A stretch of DNA of 63,953 nt, filler included, from Octopus bimaculoides (taxonomy: Eukaryota): NCBI RefSeq assembly GCF_001194135.2. It is 8 parts of 7 records of this genome, joined end to end, with 100 filler letters (N's around TTAATTAATTAA, not from the genome) between each part and the next. Parts side by side here need not be neighbours in the genome. Positions count along the whole stretch, not along the records: positions 6,423 to 33,025 come from NC_068982.1; 7 more parts are not named here. One strand, written 5' to 3'. Under the pieces are notes generated by a model. That model was not told where the DNA came from, did not search any database, and saw only the letters and a list, made by a program, of their open reading frames with translations. Below, piece after piece: positions 13,235 to 24,516 of the stretch. How positions within the stretch are numbered: position 1 is the first letter of the stretch; each line of letters begins with the position of its first letter. A program made the translations under genes and the position numbers.

Positions 13235-13667
13235 GGTTTGAAATATTGGTACAAGGCCATCAATTTCTGGGAGGTGGTTTGAGTCAAATACATCGATCCC
13301 AATGCTCAACTGGTACTTATTTTATCGACCACGAAAAGAGAAAAGCAAAGTCAACCCCGGCAGAATTTGAACTCAGAAGGTAAAGTCGGAAGAAATGCCG
13401 CTAAGTGTTTTGCCCGGCGTGCTAACGATTCTGCCAGCTCACCGCCTTAAAGAAACTATAAATATTCATTTCAAATTTTGGCACAAGGCCAGCAATTTCG
13501 GGGGTGGTTTAAGCCGATCACATCGATCTCGGTGCTCAACTATCGATTCCGAAGGGATGAGAGGCAAAGTCGACATTGGCCGAACTTTAATTCAGAACAT
13601 AAAGACAGAAGAAATGCCGCTAAGCATTTTGTCAGGCGTGCTAACGGTTTTCTCAGCTCGCCGCCTT
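13235..13667 (-). mobile_element. Two tandem SINE family A copies (13235-13448, 13469-13667)
   Basis: Two complete head-to-tail matches. Confidence 0.9.
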
Positions 13668-14159
13668 AAAAAAACTATAAACATTACCAACCTTTATCGT
13701 ACTTAAGCCTGAGCGGATGCAGTTTCGTTTCACTATACTTTCAGGAAAACGTAAAAGCTAGCGATCAAATAGTTTTGTGCCTACGGCTCAGTAATTGTCA
13801 GAAACATCGTTACTTTCAGCCTTAAACATAAAGAAAAAAAAAAAACAACGTCGTCAACCGTTTTTACGTTTTCCAAGGTTACAGTAGAACGAAATCGTGA
13901 CTGCTAAAACGTACTCGCAGATTCAAAGGATTAACTATGGAGATGAAGGACACAGAACAGAATATCACCAAGTACAAAAAAGGTCAGCCTACCAGTACTG
14001 AAGTCCAGAGATTATAGAAGCTGCAAGATAAACAACAGGAGTCCTATCATAGGCGCAAGTATGGCTGTGTGGTTAAGAAACTCGCTATATAACCAGTGCT
14101 TTGTAAGTGAATTTGATTGACGGAAAGTGTGCCGAAGTCCGTTATGTGTGTACGTGTCC

Positions 14160-14355
14160 TCCTTACCATTAGTGTTTGTTTGTTTGTTTGTGTCGCCATA
14201 ACTTAGCGGTTCGGCAAAAGACGCCGATAGAGTAAGAGCTAGATTAAAAAAAAAACACAGGATGATAAATATTAAGGGCAATTTGTTCCACCAAACCCAT
14301 CAAGCCGGTGCTCGAGTATGGCTACTGTCCAATAACAGAAACAAGTAAAATATAA
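14160..14355 (+). mobile_element. SINE family B, 3' half
   Basis: AACTTAGCGGTTCGGCAAAAGA...AAACAAGTAAAA. Confidence 0.8.
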
Positions 14356-14383
14356 AAGATATGAATGAATTATTTAAAAGGTA

Positions 14384-14766
14384 GGAGGCGCAATGGCCCA
14401 GTGGTTAGGGCAGCGGACTCGCGGTCATAGGATCGTGGTTTCGATTCTCAGACCGGGCGTTGTGAGTGTTTATTGAGCGAAAACACCTAAAGCTCCACGA
14501 GGTTCCGGCAGGGGATGGTGGCGAACCCTGCTGTACTCTTCCACCACAACTTTCTCTCACTCTTTCTTCCTGTTTCTGTTGTACCTGTAATTCAAAGGGT
14601 CAGCCTTGTCACACTGTGTCCCGCTGAATATCCCCGAGAACTACATTAAGGGTACACGTGTCTGTGGAGTGCTCAGCCACTTGCACGTTAATTTCACGAG
14701 CAGGCTGTTCAGTTGATTGGATCAACTGGAACCCTCGACATCGTAAGCGACGGAGTGCCAACAACA
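14384..14766 (+). mobile_element. tRNA-derived SINE family C, full copy
   Basis: A-box TGGCCCAGTGG, B-box GGTTTCGATTC, 3' end ACTGGAACCCTCG...GACGGAGTGCCA-ACAACA. Confidence 0.88.
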
Positions 14767-15128
14767 TTTTAAAGGTGCATACACACATGACGAAAAAGTT
14801 ACGTTAGCAGGTAGCGTACATCTGTAGTGCCTTCTTCTCATAACTACCCTCATGAACACCCAGGAAAGATCCAACCTGCAGAAAAGTACACTTGAGGAAC
14901 GCGATGTTGACGCTCTGCAATGGATCAACAACAAAGCAGGACTACTTAAATGAAAGATGCATGAACAACATGTGAAGTCTATGCTTATCAAAAGACATCA
15001 GGTCAAGCTGCAGCAGTGAAATAACAAAAATCATTTTAAAACCCCGAGCAGGAAAAAGCGCAGCAGTTGACCTGGCTACAATAGACAAAGACAAAGTTAG
15101 GTACAGCTATGTATCACTGGGAGGGGGT

Positions 15129-15177
<49 letters not shown>

Positions 15178-15339
15178 TACATATACACATATGTAATATA
15201 TAGTATATAATATAATTTATGTGTGAGTGTGTATGTATGTATGTAGTTTGCATAAAGCATTGTCTAATATTTTTAATTTATTTTTTGAGCCAAAACAAAG
15301 CGAATTATAAGAAATATTATCAATCCCATGGTTTGTACT

Positions 15340-16400
15340 TTTACCTTGTATTTCACTACTTCGTAGCTAGAACCCCTTCTTCAGAAATTCTTCGGAGATA
15401 TGTTGTGAAATGAAGTGTGTTTATGTGAAGGGATAGCGTTGCTATAGTAGCCAATCAGCTGCATATAACTCAGTTCTGTTGTTAATGTGTATGTTGGTCT
15501 TGACAATTAACATGGTTTCTTTTATTATTAAGTTCCAATTGAAAATTTGATGTCTTGGGTATAACATTTCCGTAGGTGTTTTTTAATGAAAGAAGCATGA
15601 GCATAGGGATGTTCTTTAACCCGTTTGTATACTTGCTTGATGGTACTTCTTATATAGGATTCATGTTATTTACTACACAAGATTTTACACAACACGTAAG
15701 GCCACAGACATATATTTTCAACGTTGATTGAGCAGTTGAACAATGAATATATGGTATTGTTTTTAGCTTGGATCCTCTCTGAGGAGGGTCCTGAGTGTGC
15801 TAGTCGTATAATCAATTCCCATCTACGGATAGACCGGCTGATTGTAACTTATTTTATTTTATTTCATTTATTTCTTTTTGGGGGTGGGCTGGGGTTAAAA
15901 TGTGGAAGTTCCAAAAACAATATGGATACATGAGTTAAGTGGTCTGGTAATGTCCTGGTATTTGGTGAAAGAGTTTGAGAAGCGGTTCTCCACAAGAACT
16001 TTTCGGAATTGTATGGTGTTGATCTTTTTGTTGTCTGCTTCGCTGTATTTACAGCGTGTTCAGCGGATCTGATTTCTAATGCAGGCCATTTTAGCGCTAT
16101 TGGATAAGGATAAATTATAATTCACAAACTCTTCCCTGCATGCCATTTTTCTGTAAAAGATAATAGAAACGGATCCGTTCTCTGTGATTTTGAGTTCAAA
16201 ACCAAGCAGAGATAAAGAACTGGTGATATCGGGATGCTTTACTTCCACCGTTTTACTTTCCTTTTAGGATTGTGGCGTGGAGTCTTTTATTCTCAGCGCA
16301 AGCGCCTTATGACTCTAAATAGACTTAAGTCCAGGATCCTCAGGCTAGAGCAGACATGGTAATTTATAACGTAGCTACAAGGCCATGGATTTTCGGGTGG
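15340..16400 (-). mobile_element. Decayed Penelope-like element (RT C-terminus, GIY-YIG endonuclease, 3' hammerhead remnant)
   Basis: HPDITSSLSLLGFELKITENG...FYRK...SAKMACIRNQ (16248-16060) and VLCKILCSK*HESYIRSTIKQVYKRVKEH (about 15695-15608), matching the VYxIxC..C...YIGxT...RxKEH GIY-YIG motif. Confidence 0.85.
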
Positions 16401-16440
16401 GGGTATAAATAGATAATTATTAAAAAAGTGTGTTTGTAAC

Positions 16441-16530
16441 CAAGGGCCCGGGAACAGGGAGTGCAAGTGGTGCACTTGCCCCTCCTAAAAATTTTAGGGG
16501 GTGCAAAATCAAAATTTGCACCCCATACAT
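16441..16530 (+). mobile_element. hAT-like terminal sequence, same family as 9161-9214
   Basis: CAAGGGCCCGGGAACAGGGAGTGCA...CCTCCTAAAAATTTT with internal GGGGTGCAAA/TTTGCACCCC hairpin. Confidence 0.6.
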
Positions 16531-16929
16531 ATTTTGCCAGGTTTAGTTAACAGTGTCTAAAAATTGATCTGTAAAAAGTTGCTTAAGTTAGGTTTCTTCT
16601 CAAAGCAAGAAAAAAAGAACAGACATAAATAAATAAATAAATAAATAAAAAATCCAATATGTTTACTAATGAAGTTGGTCATCATATTCCCAAGGGAATT
16701 CTGCACAATGAAAAGCCCTTTACTGTCCTGCTATCCGCATTCTTCATTTTCATTGAAGACTACAACTGACCCATCATCATCATCATCATCAGTGCCATAA
16801 TATTCTGCTGCAACAACTATAACCACTACTACTATCAGGCCTTCCTTCCCACCACTGTCCACCTCAATTTGAATGTGTACCTCCACAGCTCCATAACAAA
16901 TCTGCTAATTGTAAAGAAAGTAAAATCTA

Positions 16930-17250
16930 TAAACGCATGATACCCCCAAATATGCCAGTTTTCTCAATGCAAGAGGTTATGCATAGGCAGCAACTGCTGG
17001 TACATTAGAACAGTTTCTTTCAAGTTGATTGTAAGGTCCAATGCTGAATATGCTGCAGAAATCGCATTCATCGTGTGTTGCATATCTTCCTGAGAATGTG
17101 CTAACAGGGCACAATCATCTGCATACAAGAATTCAATGATGTGAGAACGAAGAACTTACGTTTTGGCAGAAAGTCTTTTGGGGTTAAAAATTATGCTCCC
17201 GCTTATTCTTCCATATACTCGAAGCTACAAAAATGGAGATCTTTCATTGC
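16930..17250 (-). mobile_element. RTE LINE RT fragment with an intact YADD motif
   Basis: FNPKRLSAKT*VLRSHIIEFLYADDCALLAHSQEDMQH...LDLTINLK; YADD codons at 17114-17125. Confidence 0.9.
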
Positions 17251-17529
17251 CGACAATGTGTATTATACTGAGCACCACAAAAGTTCACTGTCTGTGGTTA
17301 TAAGAGGTATTCACTGATTTGTAATAAAAAAAGATTGTTCCACTCCCAAGTTGAATTCCAACTGTTGGCCAATTAGTCCCAAAGTTCTTGTCGGGACGTA
17401 AAATAAACGAAGAGAATGTCATTTATCCCCCACCCTTCATCTCTGGCCAAGCAAAATGGCGTGAATTTGCCAAGATTTACCTGCTAGAAGTAGCTTTTGA
17501 ATCTCAATATTGGATGTCAAGAATCATTT

Positions 17530-19207
17530 AAAGGGCAGATATTCAATCCCGGGATTATTCTCATTCCAAAAGAGTATAATATATCCTATATAGAGCAAAT
17601 GTAAACTGAGATACGGCGATGGCAGACGGACAAAATTTAGTGTTTAGTATAATAAAAAAAAATTTTCTTTAAGCACTTACCTAGTTTATAACCCTACTCT
17701 CTACATCTACCCGTGGACTATATGTTGAGTAACCATTACTCGTATTCATAAGACGGTGAGCGGCAGATTGGTTTGCACGCCGGTGGCATTTCCGTACATC
17801 TTTGCAATGTGAGTTCAAAATTCAGCGAGGTCGATGGTTTCCTTGATCCTTTTGTTCTTGATAAAATATAGTAGAAAGGAATATTTCATGTACGATTTTT
17901 ATTTACCTCTTCTTACTATCACGTCCACTTACAGTTACACGATTGTTTACAATGAAATATTCTGTGTGATTATATCGAGTGTGAAGTATCGTTTCTGGTT
18001 GGAACCTCCAGGTTTCCTGTCCTGAAATTGCCTGGCTAAGAGTTCATACGGGTGCAGGAACAATACCGGACACCTTGTAACTATGTTATGGTACCAACCA
18101 GCATGTTACAGAGGGTGTTTAAGAACTCAAAGGTGCATAAAACGGCAGACCCACACAATTGTGTCCCCGAATTTGTTTCCTGATAACTTCCAGAAAAATG
18201 GGCATACTNNNNNNNNNNNNNNNNNNNNNNNNNNNNNNNNNNNNNNNNNNNNNNNNNNNNNNNNNNNNNNNNNNNNNNNNNNNNNNNNNNNNNNNNNNNN
18301 NNNNNNNNNNNNNNNNNNNNNNNNNNNNNNNNNNNNNNNNNNNNNNNNNNNNNNNNNNNNNNNNNNNNNNNNNNNNNNNNNNNNNNNNNNNNNNNNNNNN
18401 NNNNNNNNNNNNNNNNNNNNNNNNNNNNNNNNNNNNNNNNNNNNNNNNNNNNNNNNNNNNNNNNNNNNNNNNNNNNNNNNNNNNNNNNNNNNNNNNNNNN
18501 NNNNNNNNNNNNNNNNNNNNNNNNNNNNNNNNNNNNNNNNNNNNNNNNNNNNNNNNNNNNNNNNNNNNNNNNNNNNNNNNNNNNNNNNNNNNNNNNNNNN
18601 NNNNNNNNNNNNNNNNNNNNNNNNNNNNNNNNNNNNNNNNNNNNNNNNNNNNNNNNNNNNNNNNNNNNNNNNNNNNNNNNNNNNNNNNNNNNNNNNNNNN
18701 NNNNNNNNNNNNNNNNNNNNNNNNNNNNNNNNNNNNNNNNNNNNNNNNNNNNNNNNNNNNNNNNNNNNNNNNNNNNNNNNNNNNNNNNNNNNNNNNNNNN
18801 NNNNNNNNNNNNNNNNNNNNNNNNNNNNNNNNNNNNNNNNNNNNNNNNNNNNNNNNNNNNNNNNNNNNNNNNNNNNNNNNNNNNNNNNNNNNNNNNNNNA
18901 CATTCCCTAGCCTCTAATCACCGCGAAAGGTTGAAAGAGACTGAATATTATTTGAAACGAAGGCCTTGAAGAAAACGTTTCCGCTATTATGACGTCATAA
19001 GGACAATATGCCGAAATCTAGAATTCTCTGAACTAGACGAGAAATTCTTGAATGAATTTCACACGTAAACGCTACACGCGCACGTACACAAAAGCACAAA
19101 CAAACATGTACACAAACAAATATTTGCATATATGATGCATGCATTTACATTAATGTGTATGTGTGTGTATTTGTGTGTGTGTGGGAGGGTCAATGTTTAT
19201 GTACAAA

Positions 19208-19243
<36 letters not shown>

Positions 19244-21500
19244 TGTGTATGTATGTTTGTGTCCCTGCGCGCGCGTACATGTGTGCGTTAGTGTGTGTGT
19301 GTGCATACCCGTTTGTGTATCAATATATACTGATATTCTGCCAAGGTTGACTTTGCTTTCCATCCTTTCGGAGTAGATAAATTAAGTACTAGTTACGTAC
19401 TAGGGTCGATCTAATGAACATGGCCCTCTCCCTCAAAATTTCGGGTTTTGTGCCAAGAGTAGGAAAGAATATATCCTGATATAAATATGTTATTTCTTTA
19501 CTACCCACAAGGGGCTACACACCGAAAGAGACAAACAAGGACAGACAAACGGATTAAGTCGATTATATCGACCCCATTGCGTAACTGGTACTTATTTAAT
19601 CGACCCCGAGAGGATGAAAGGCAAAGTCGACCTCGGCAGAATTTTAACTCAGAACGTAGCGGCAGACGAAATACCGCTAAGCATTTCGCCTGGCGTGCTA
19701 ACGTTTCTGCCAGCTCACCGCCTTGTTAGCATGCCCGGGAAAATGTTAGGGGCATTTCGTCCTTCTTGTTCTGAGTGCTAGAAGTAGCAACCCAAATCCC
19801 TTTAAATAACATCCCAATACAGGATGTTCAAGAACAAACTTAGGGGCAGATTTTCAATTCCAGGATCATTCAAATTCCAAAAAGGTATAATATCACTATT
19901 TAGAGCAAATGTAGACTGAGATAGAAGGGCCGCAGACAGACAGAATTTAGCTTTCACTATAAACGAAATATCAAGAAAATATTATCAAACATTTTAATAG
20001 CAGCAAACTTGTGTTTTATTTAAGCACTTACCGAGTTTATAACCCTACTCTCTACATCTGCACGTGGACTATATGTTGAGTATCCATTATTCGTGTTCAT
20101 AAGGCGGTGAGGGGCAGATTGGTTAGCACACCGGCGGCATTTCGTACACTTTTGCAATCTGAGTTCAAAATCCACCGAGGTCGATGGTTCCTTTGATCCT
20201 TTTGTTATTGATAAAATAATTGCCAGTCAAGCTTTGGGGTCAATATGATCGACTACTCATTCCACTAAATTTCAAACCTTGTTCCTATAGTTGAAAGGAA
20301 CATTTCATGTACGATTTTTATTTACCTCTTCTTACTATCACGTCCACTTACAGTTACACGATTGTTTACAATGAAATATTCTGTGTGATTATATCGAGTG
20401 TGAAGTATCGTTTCTGGTTGGAACCTCCAGGTTTCCTGTCCTGAAATTGCCTGGCTAAGAGTTCATACGGGTGCAGGAACAATACCGGACACCTTGTAAC
20501 TATGTTATGGTACCAACCAGCATGTTACAGAGGGTGTTTAAGAACTCAAAGGTGCATAAAACGGCAGACCCACACAATTGTGTCTCCGAATTTGTTTCCT
20601 AATAACTTCCAGAAAAATGGGCATACTTTAAAAGAAATTTTCTACAAATACCTCTCAGATTGTGTACATTAAGATTGTAGAGGAATTTAATGTAGAAAAA
20701 AAAAATGAAAATTTCGCGAAATTACACACATATATACTGACACACATAACATATATCTCCACAAAATGGAACTTGAAGTTTTGAAAAAAAAGATTGGGAT
20801 GTGTTAGTATATATATATATATATATGTGGGCGCGAGCTCTATTTTTTCCACATTAAATTCCGATATAGTCGTAATATACACTATTCGAGAGGTATTTGT
20901 AGAATATTTCCTTAAAAGATATGCATTTTTTCAGAAAGTTATAAGGATCCAAATGTCTGGAAAGCACACATGTGAAGGTCCGCTCAAAATATCCCCACAA
21001 ACACCAAAAACAAGGTGAAGATGACTCTGACTTCACTCTAGTCTTCAGGTGTCCGGGTGCGTCCCCCGGCGCACACATTCCCTAGCCTCTAATCACCGCG
21101 AAAGGTTGAAAGAGACTGAATATTATTTGAAACGNNNNNNNNNNACACATTCCCTAGCCTCTAATCACCGCGAAAGGTTGAAAGAGACTGAATATTATTT
21201 GAAACGAAGGCCTTGGAGAAAACGTTTCCGCTATTATGACGTCATAAGGACAATATGCCGAAATCTAGAATTCTCTGAACTAGACGAGAAATTCTTGAAT
21301 GAATTTCACACATAGACGCTATACGCACACGCACACCATAGTACACACACACATGTACACAAACAAATATTTACATATATAATGTATGCATTTACATTAA
21401 TGTGTGTGTGTGTATGTGTGTGTGGGGTCGGTGTTTGTGTACATATTTTGCGTGTGTGTGTGTGTGTGCATGTATGTGTGTGTGTGTGTGTGGTGGGTGC
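17530..21500 (+). repeat. Tandem duplication with a 2419-bp offset (copy 1 about 17530-19330, copy 2 about 19845-21500)
   Basis: 17883-18208 equals 20302-20627 except for 2 mismatches; 18900-19070 matches about 21146-21316; flanks are homologous but diverged. Confidence 0.9.
19487..19724 (-). mobile_element. SINE family A, young-looking full copy
   Basis: Near-identical to the reverse complement of 32088-32322. Confidence 0.92.
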
Positions 21501-21533
21501 ATACCTGTCTGTCTATGAACATATACAGATATA

Positions 21534-21990
21534 AAGGCGGCGAGCTGGCAGAACCACCAGCTCTACAACACGAAGACAGACGAAATTCTTAGCGACATTT
21601 CGTCTGTCTTCATATTCTGAGTTCAAATTCCGCCGAAGTCGACTTTGCTTTTTATCCTTCTGGGTCGATGAAATAAGTAGCAGTTTGAGCACTGGGAACT
21701 ATATAATGGGATCTATATAATCCCTTAAATTATTGACCTTCTGTCAAAATTTGATATCAATATATACAGACACAGTCAGTGAGCTTGCAGGATGGTTAGC
21801 AAGCTGGGCAAAACGCCGAACTACATTTCTTAATTCTTTACCTTCTGAATTCAAATGCTGCCGTGGTCGACTTTGTCATTCATCCTTTCAGGATCCATTA
21901 AATAAGTACCAGTGAAACACTGGAGTCGATGTAATCGTGTTTCCCCGTCCACCGAAATTTCTGGCCTTGTGCCAAAATTTGAAACTAATG
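21534..21990 (+). mobile_element. Two tandem SINE family A copies
   Basis: Heads at about 21534 and 21776. Confidence 0.85.
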
Positions 21991-22089
21991 TATATAGAGG
22001 TATATGTGTTTATGTGTGTAGATTATTTGTGTATGTAAATCTCTGCTTGCCTTCGTCATCCACTAAATTCTTGGAAGCATTATAAGAGA

Positions 22090-22480
22090 ATATTCCTCAA
22101 GCCCGTCTTCTATCAGGTCCCGTCACAATTAACCGTCTCCAAATGATTCAGCTGGACCTGAAAAGAGACCAACCGAGCTCATAAATGCTATCCAAATAAT
22201 CTGCGCATGGTCCCCTACCCCTGGGTTTCCCATCAGTTGTTTTTGTCCGTAAAACCTGTTCATTGATACTTTCCTGAAACATTTTTACCACATTTCCGTA
22301 GTATCGGACATGTGATCTCCGAAGAGGCTCTACCAGGAACACCTTTCTGATGTGCAGGCTACGCACTCAATAAAATAACATATCTTCAAAGTCTATTCGG
22401 AAGAACCCTATTTCAGCCGTTTGTATTCGCGGTCGTATTCATTCGATTATTAGCCAAGAGGATCAGAACTGCTCCCGATT
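22090..22480 (-). mobile_element. RTE-clade (Expander/Rex3-like) LINE C-terminal fragment
   Basis: RIRPRIQTAEIGFFR...VEPLRRSHVRYYGNVVKM...KPRGRGP...YELGWS resembles the RTE thumb region (RWxGHVxRM...RPRGRP). Confidence 0.75.
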
Positions 22481-23869
22481 ATTCTACTTCGCCCCACAAT
22501 GGTTCACCGTCTGTGGTTATAAGATGCATTCACTGATTTGTAATCAAGAAAAATCCTGACAATAATTGATTATGCAACACCTCAACAAAAGACGTGGTCA
22601 CATGTTGGTGTGCAGAGAACTACAGCTGCTGATGCCCATATGTCTCTTGCGTCTGTAGGGATACTTCATTGTCGCTAATATGCTGAATACCTCAAGAGAA
22701 AGAAAAAACTCTGACTGTTTGATTCACCATATAAGATAACCTTGCGAGGTTATCTTCAATTATAAGGAGTTGCGCGCTCCCTCTTATATTGCAAGGTTAT
22801 CTTAAAATATAAGAAGGAACTGTGTGCTCAAAAGCTGCACCCTCTGGTGTCTCACACAAAATATATCCTGTGGCAAGAGAAAGTCTTAAACCATTCTATC
22901 TTGCAAACAACTCGCANNNNNNNNNNNNNNNNNNNNNNNNNNNNNNNNNNNNNNNNNNNNNNNNNNNNNNNNNNNNNNNNNNNNNNNNNNNNNNNNNNNN
23001 NNNNNNNNNNNNNNNNTTACAACTTTCCTTCTTTCCCACCAAAGTTGTTGAGATCCCTCTGGAGCGAAGCTACCTTTAACTCGTTGCGTGTAGATGTTTG
23101 TTAGATGTTTGTCGTGCACCATCTCTTGTAATCCAGATGGAGAGTATGTTTTCCTTTTTACTTTCTATATGCACTACTTGGTGCTCCGTGGTTGGTCGCT
23201 GTAGAGAGGAAGGTAACCTGTTTCTTCTATGTCTCATATGAAAGTGTAGCGAATGCTATGTTTATAATTTGGCTGTCTAGGCTTAAATAGCTGCCAATTG
23301 GCGTATTTTGTGTTTTTTAGAAGTGGTCACATAACCATATCCGTTCGTGCCGATTGAATGTTTTAAGTCATCGAAATAGACCGCTTGCCAGACCAAAAAA
23401 TGTGCGGTCTATTTCGAGCCAACAGATGGCTATATATAAAGAATTTCTTTTGAGATAACCTGAGAGGAGAGAATTATCACCAGAGATCTTTGACGCCATG
23501 CTTTGTGTTTACCCCTCACACATCACTATGTACAAGCTGCACTGAGAACCAATGTATCTTCCTTAGCAGAATTATTCATACCTTTGGAACACAAGCACTA
23601 CTATATTCTTTTTTGCTAGTTTCGTCATGTAGTGTCTCACATTTTGAAATACATGCGATTTGTATTTATACGGCTTATGCTTGTTTCGCTTGATATATTT
23701 CGGAAATTAAACATTTTAATATGCAATATATATACTTCACATTATTACATATTCTATACATTAATGCAAAAAATATTGTGTTTATTGACTATCCTCAAAA
23801 TGATCACAGCAGCAATGGAAAGATCAAGACTTCTTAAGGCTATCATTTAGCTCACAAGCCCTTGGTTTC

Positions 23870-24185
23870 AATTGCTGCTGTGCGTGACTGGCTCTGAACT
23901 GGTTGATCCCCCTCCCTATATTATGAATTTAGCTCCATCTGATTATCATCCCTGTTTCCCAACATGAAAAACACACGGCTGGGCACCAGTACGGATGGAT
24001 GAAAACGTCTCATCTGCAGCCGATGCTTGACCAACAGAATATTTTCTCCACCAGTGCGATCCAAGCACTGCAACTACTTATGGAAGTGTGTGAACAGTAA
24101 GAGGAACTATGTTCAAAAATGAACTTCATTTAGTCACATTCCATGAGTGTGTCTTGCTCAGCCTATGAGCATTTCAGCCTATGGG
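23870..24185 (+). mobile_element. Mariner transposon 3' fragment
   Basis: PPYIMNLAPSDYH resembles HPPYSPDLAPSD(Y). The 3' end matches the reverse complement of 39953-40010. Confidence 0.8.
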
Positions 24186-24474
24186 CATTTAATGTTAACA
24201 TTGAAAAAATCTACTTTTTCGTAAAATATTTGGACTTGGTTTTGCACCACCTCAGCAAATTTTGTTCCCGGGTCACTGTTTGTAACTGGAGTTTTATTTT
24301 ATCGAGCTCTTCCTATAGGCTGATGGAAAGCAGAGTAAACTTAAGCAGGATTTGAACACAGAACATAAAGGGATGTAACTAATTTCCTCATCATACTTTA
24401 TTCGTCACTCCACCGTTTCTACCAATCGACTGTCCTTTTTATTAAAACTATCTATATGCGACACATACTTGAAC

Positions 24475-24499
<25 letters not shown>

Positions 24500-24516
<17 letters not shown>

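Noticed and set aside
14790-15090. Stop-interrupted plus-strand frame resembling a retroelement N-terminus
   Set aside because: No diagnostic motif recognised; cannot be assigned without a search.
21073-21206. 62-bp exact direct repeat across a 10-N gap
   Set aside because: Typical unmerged contig-end overlap, not a biological repeat.
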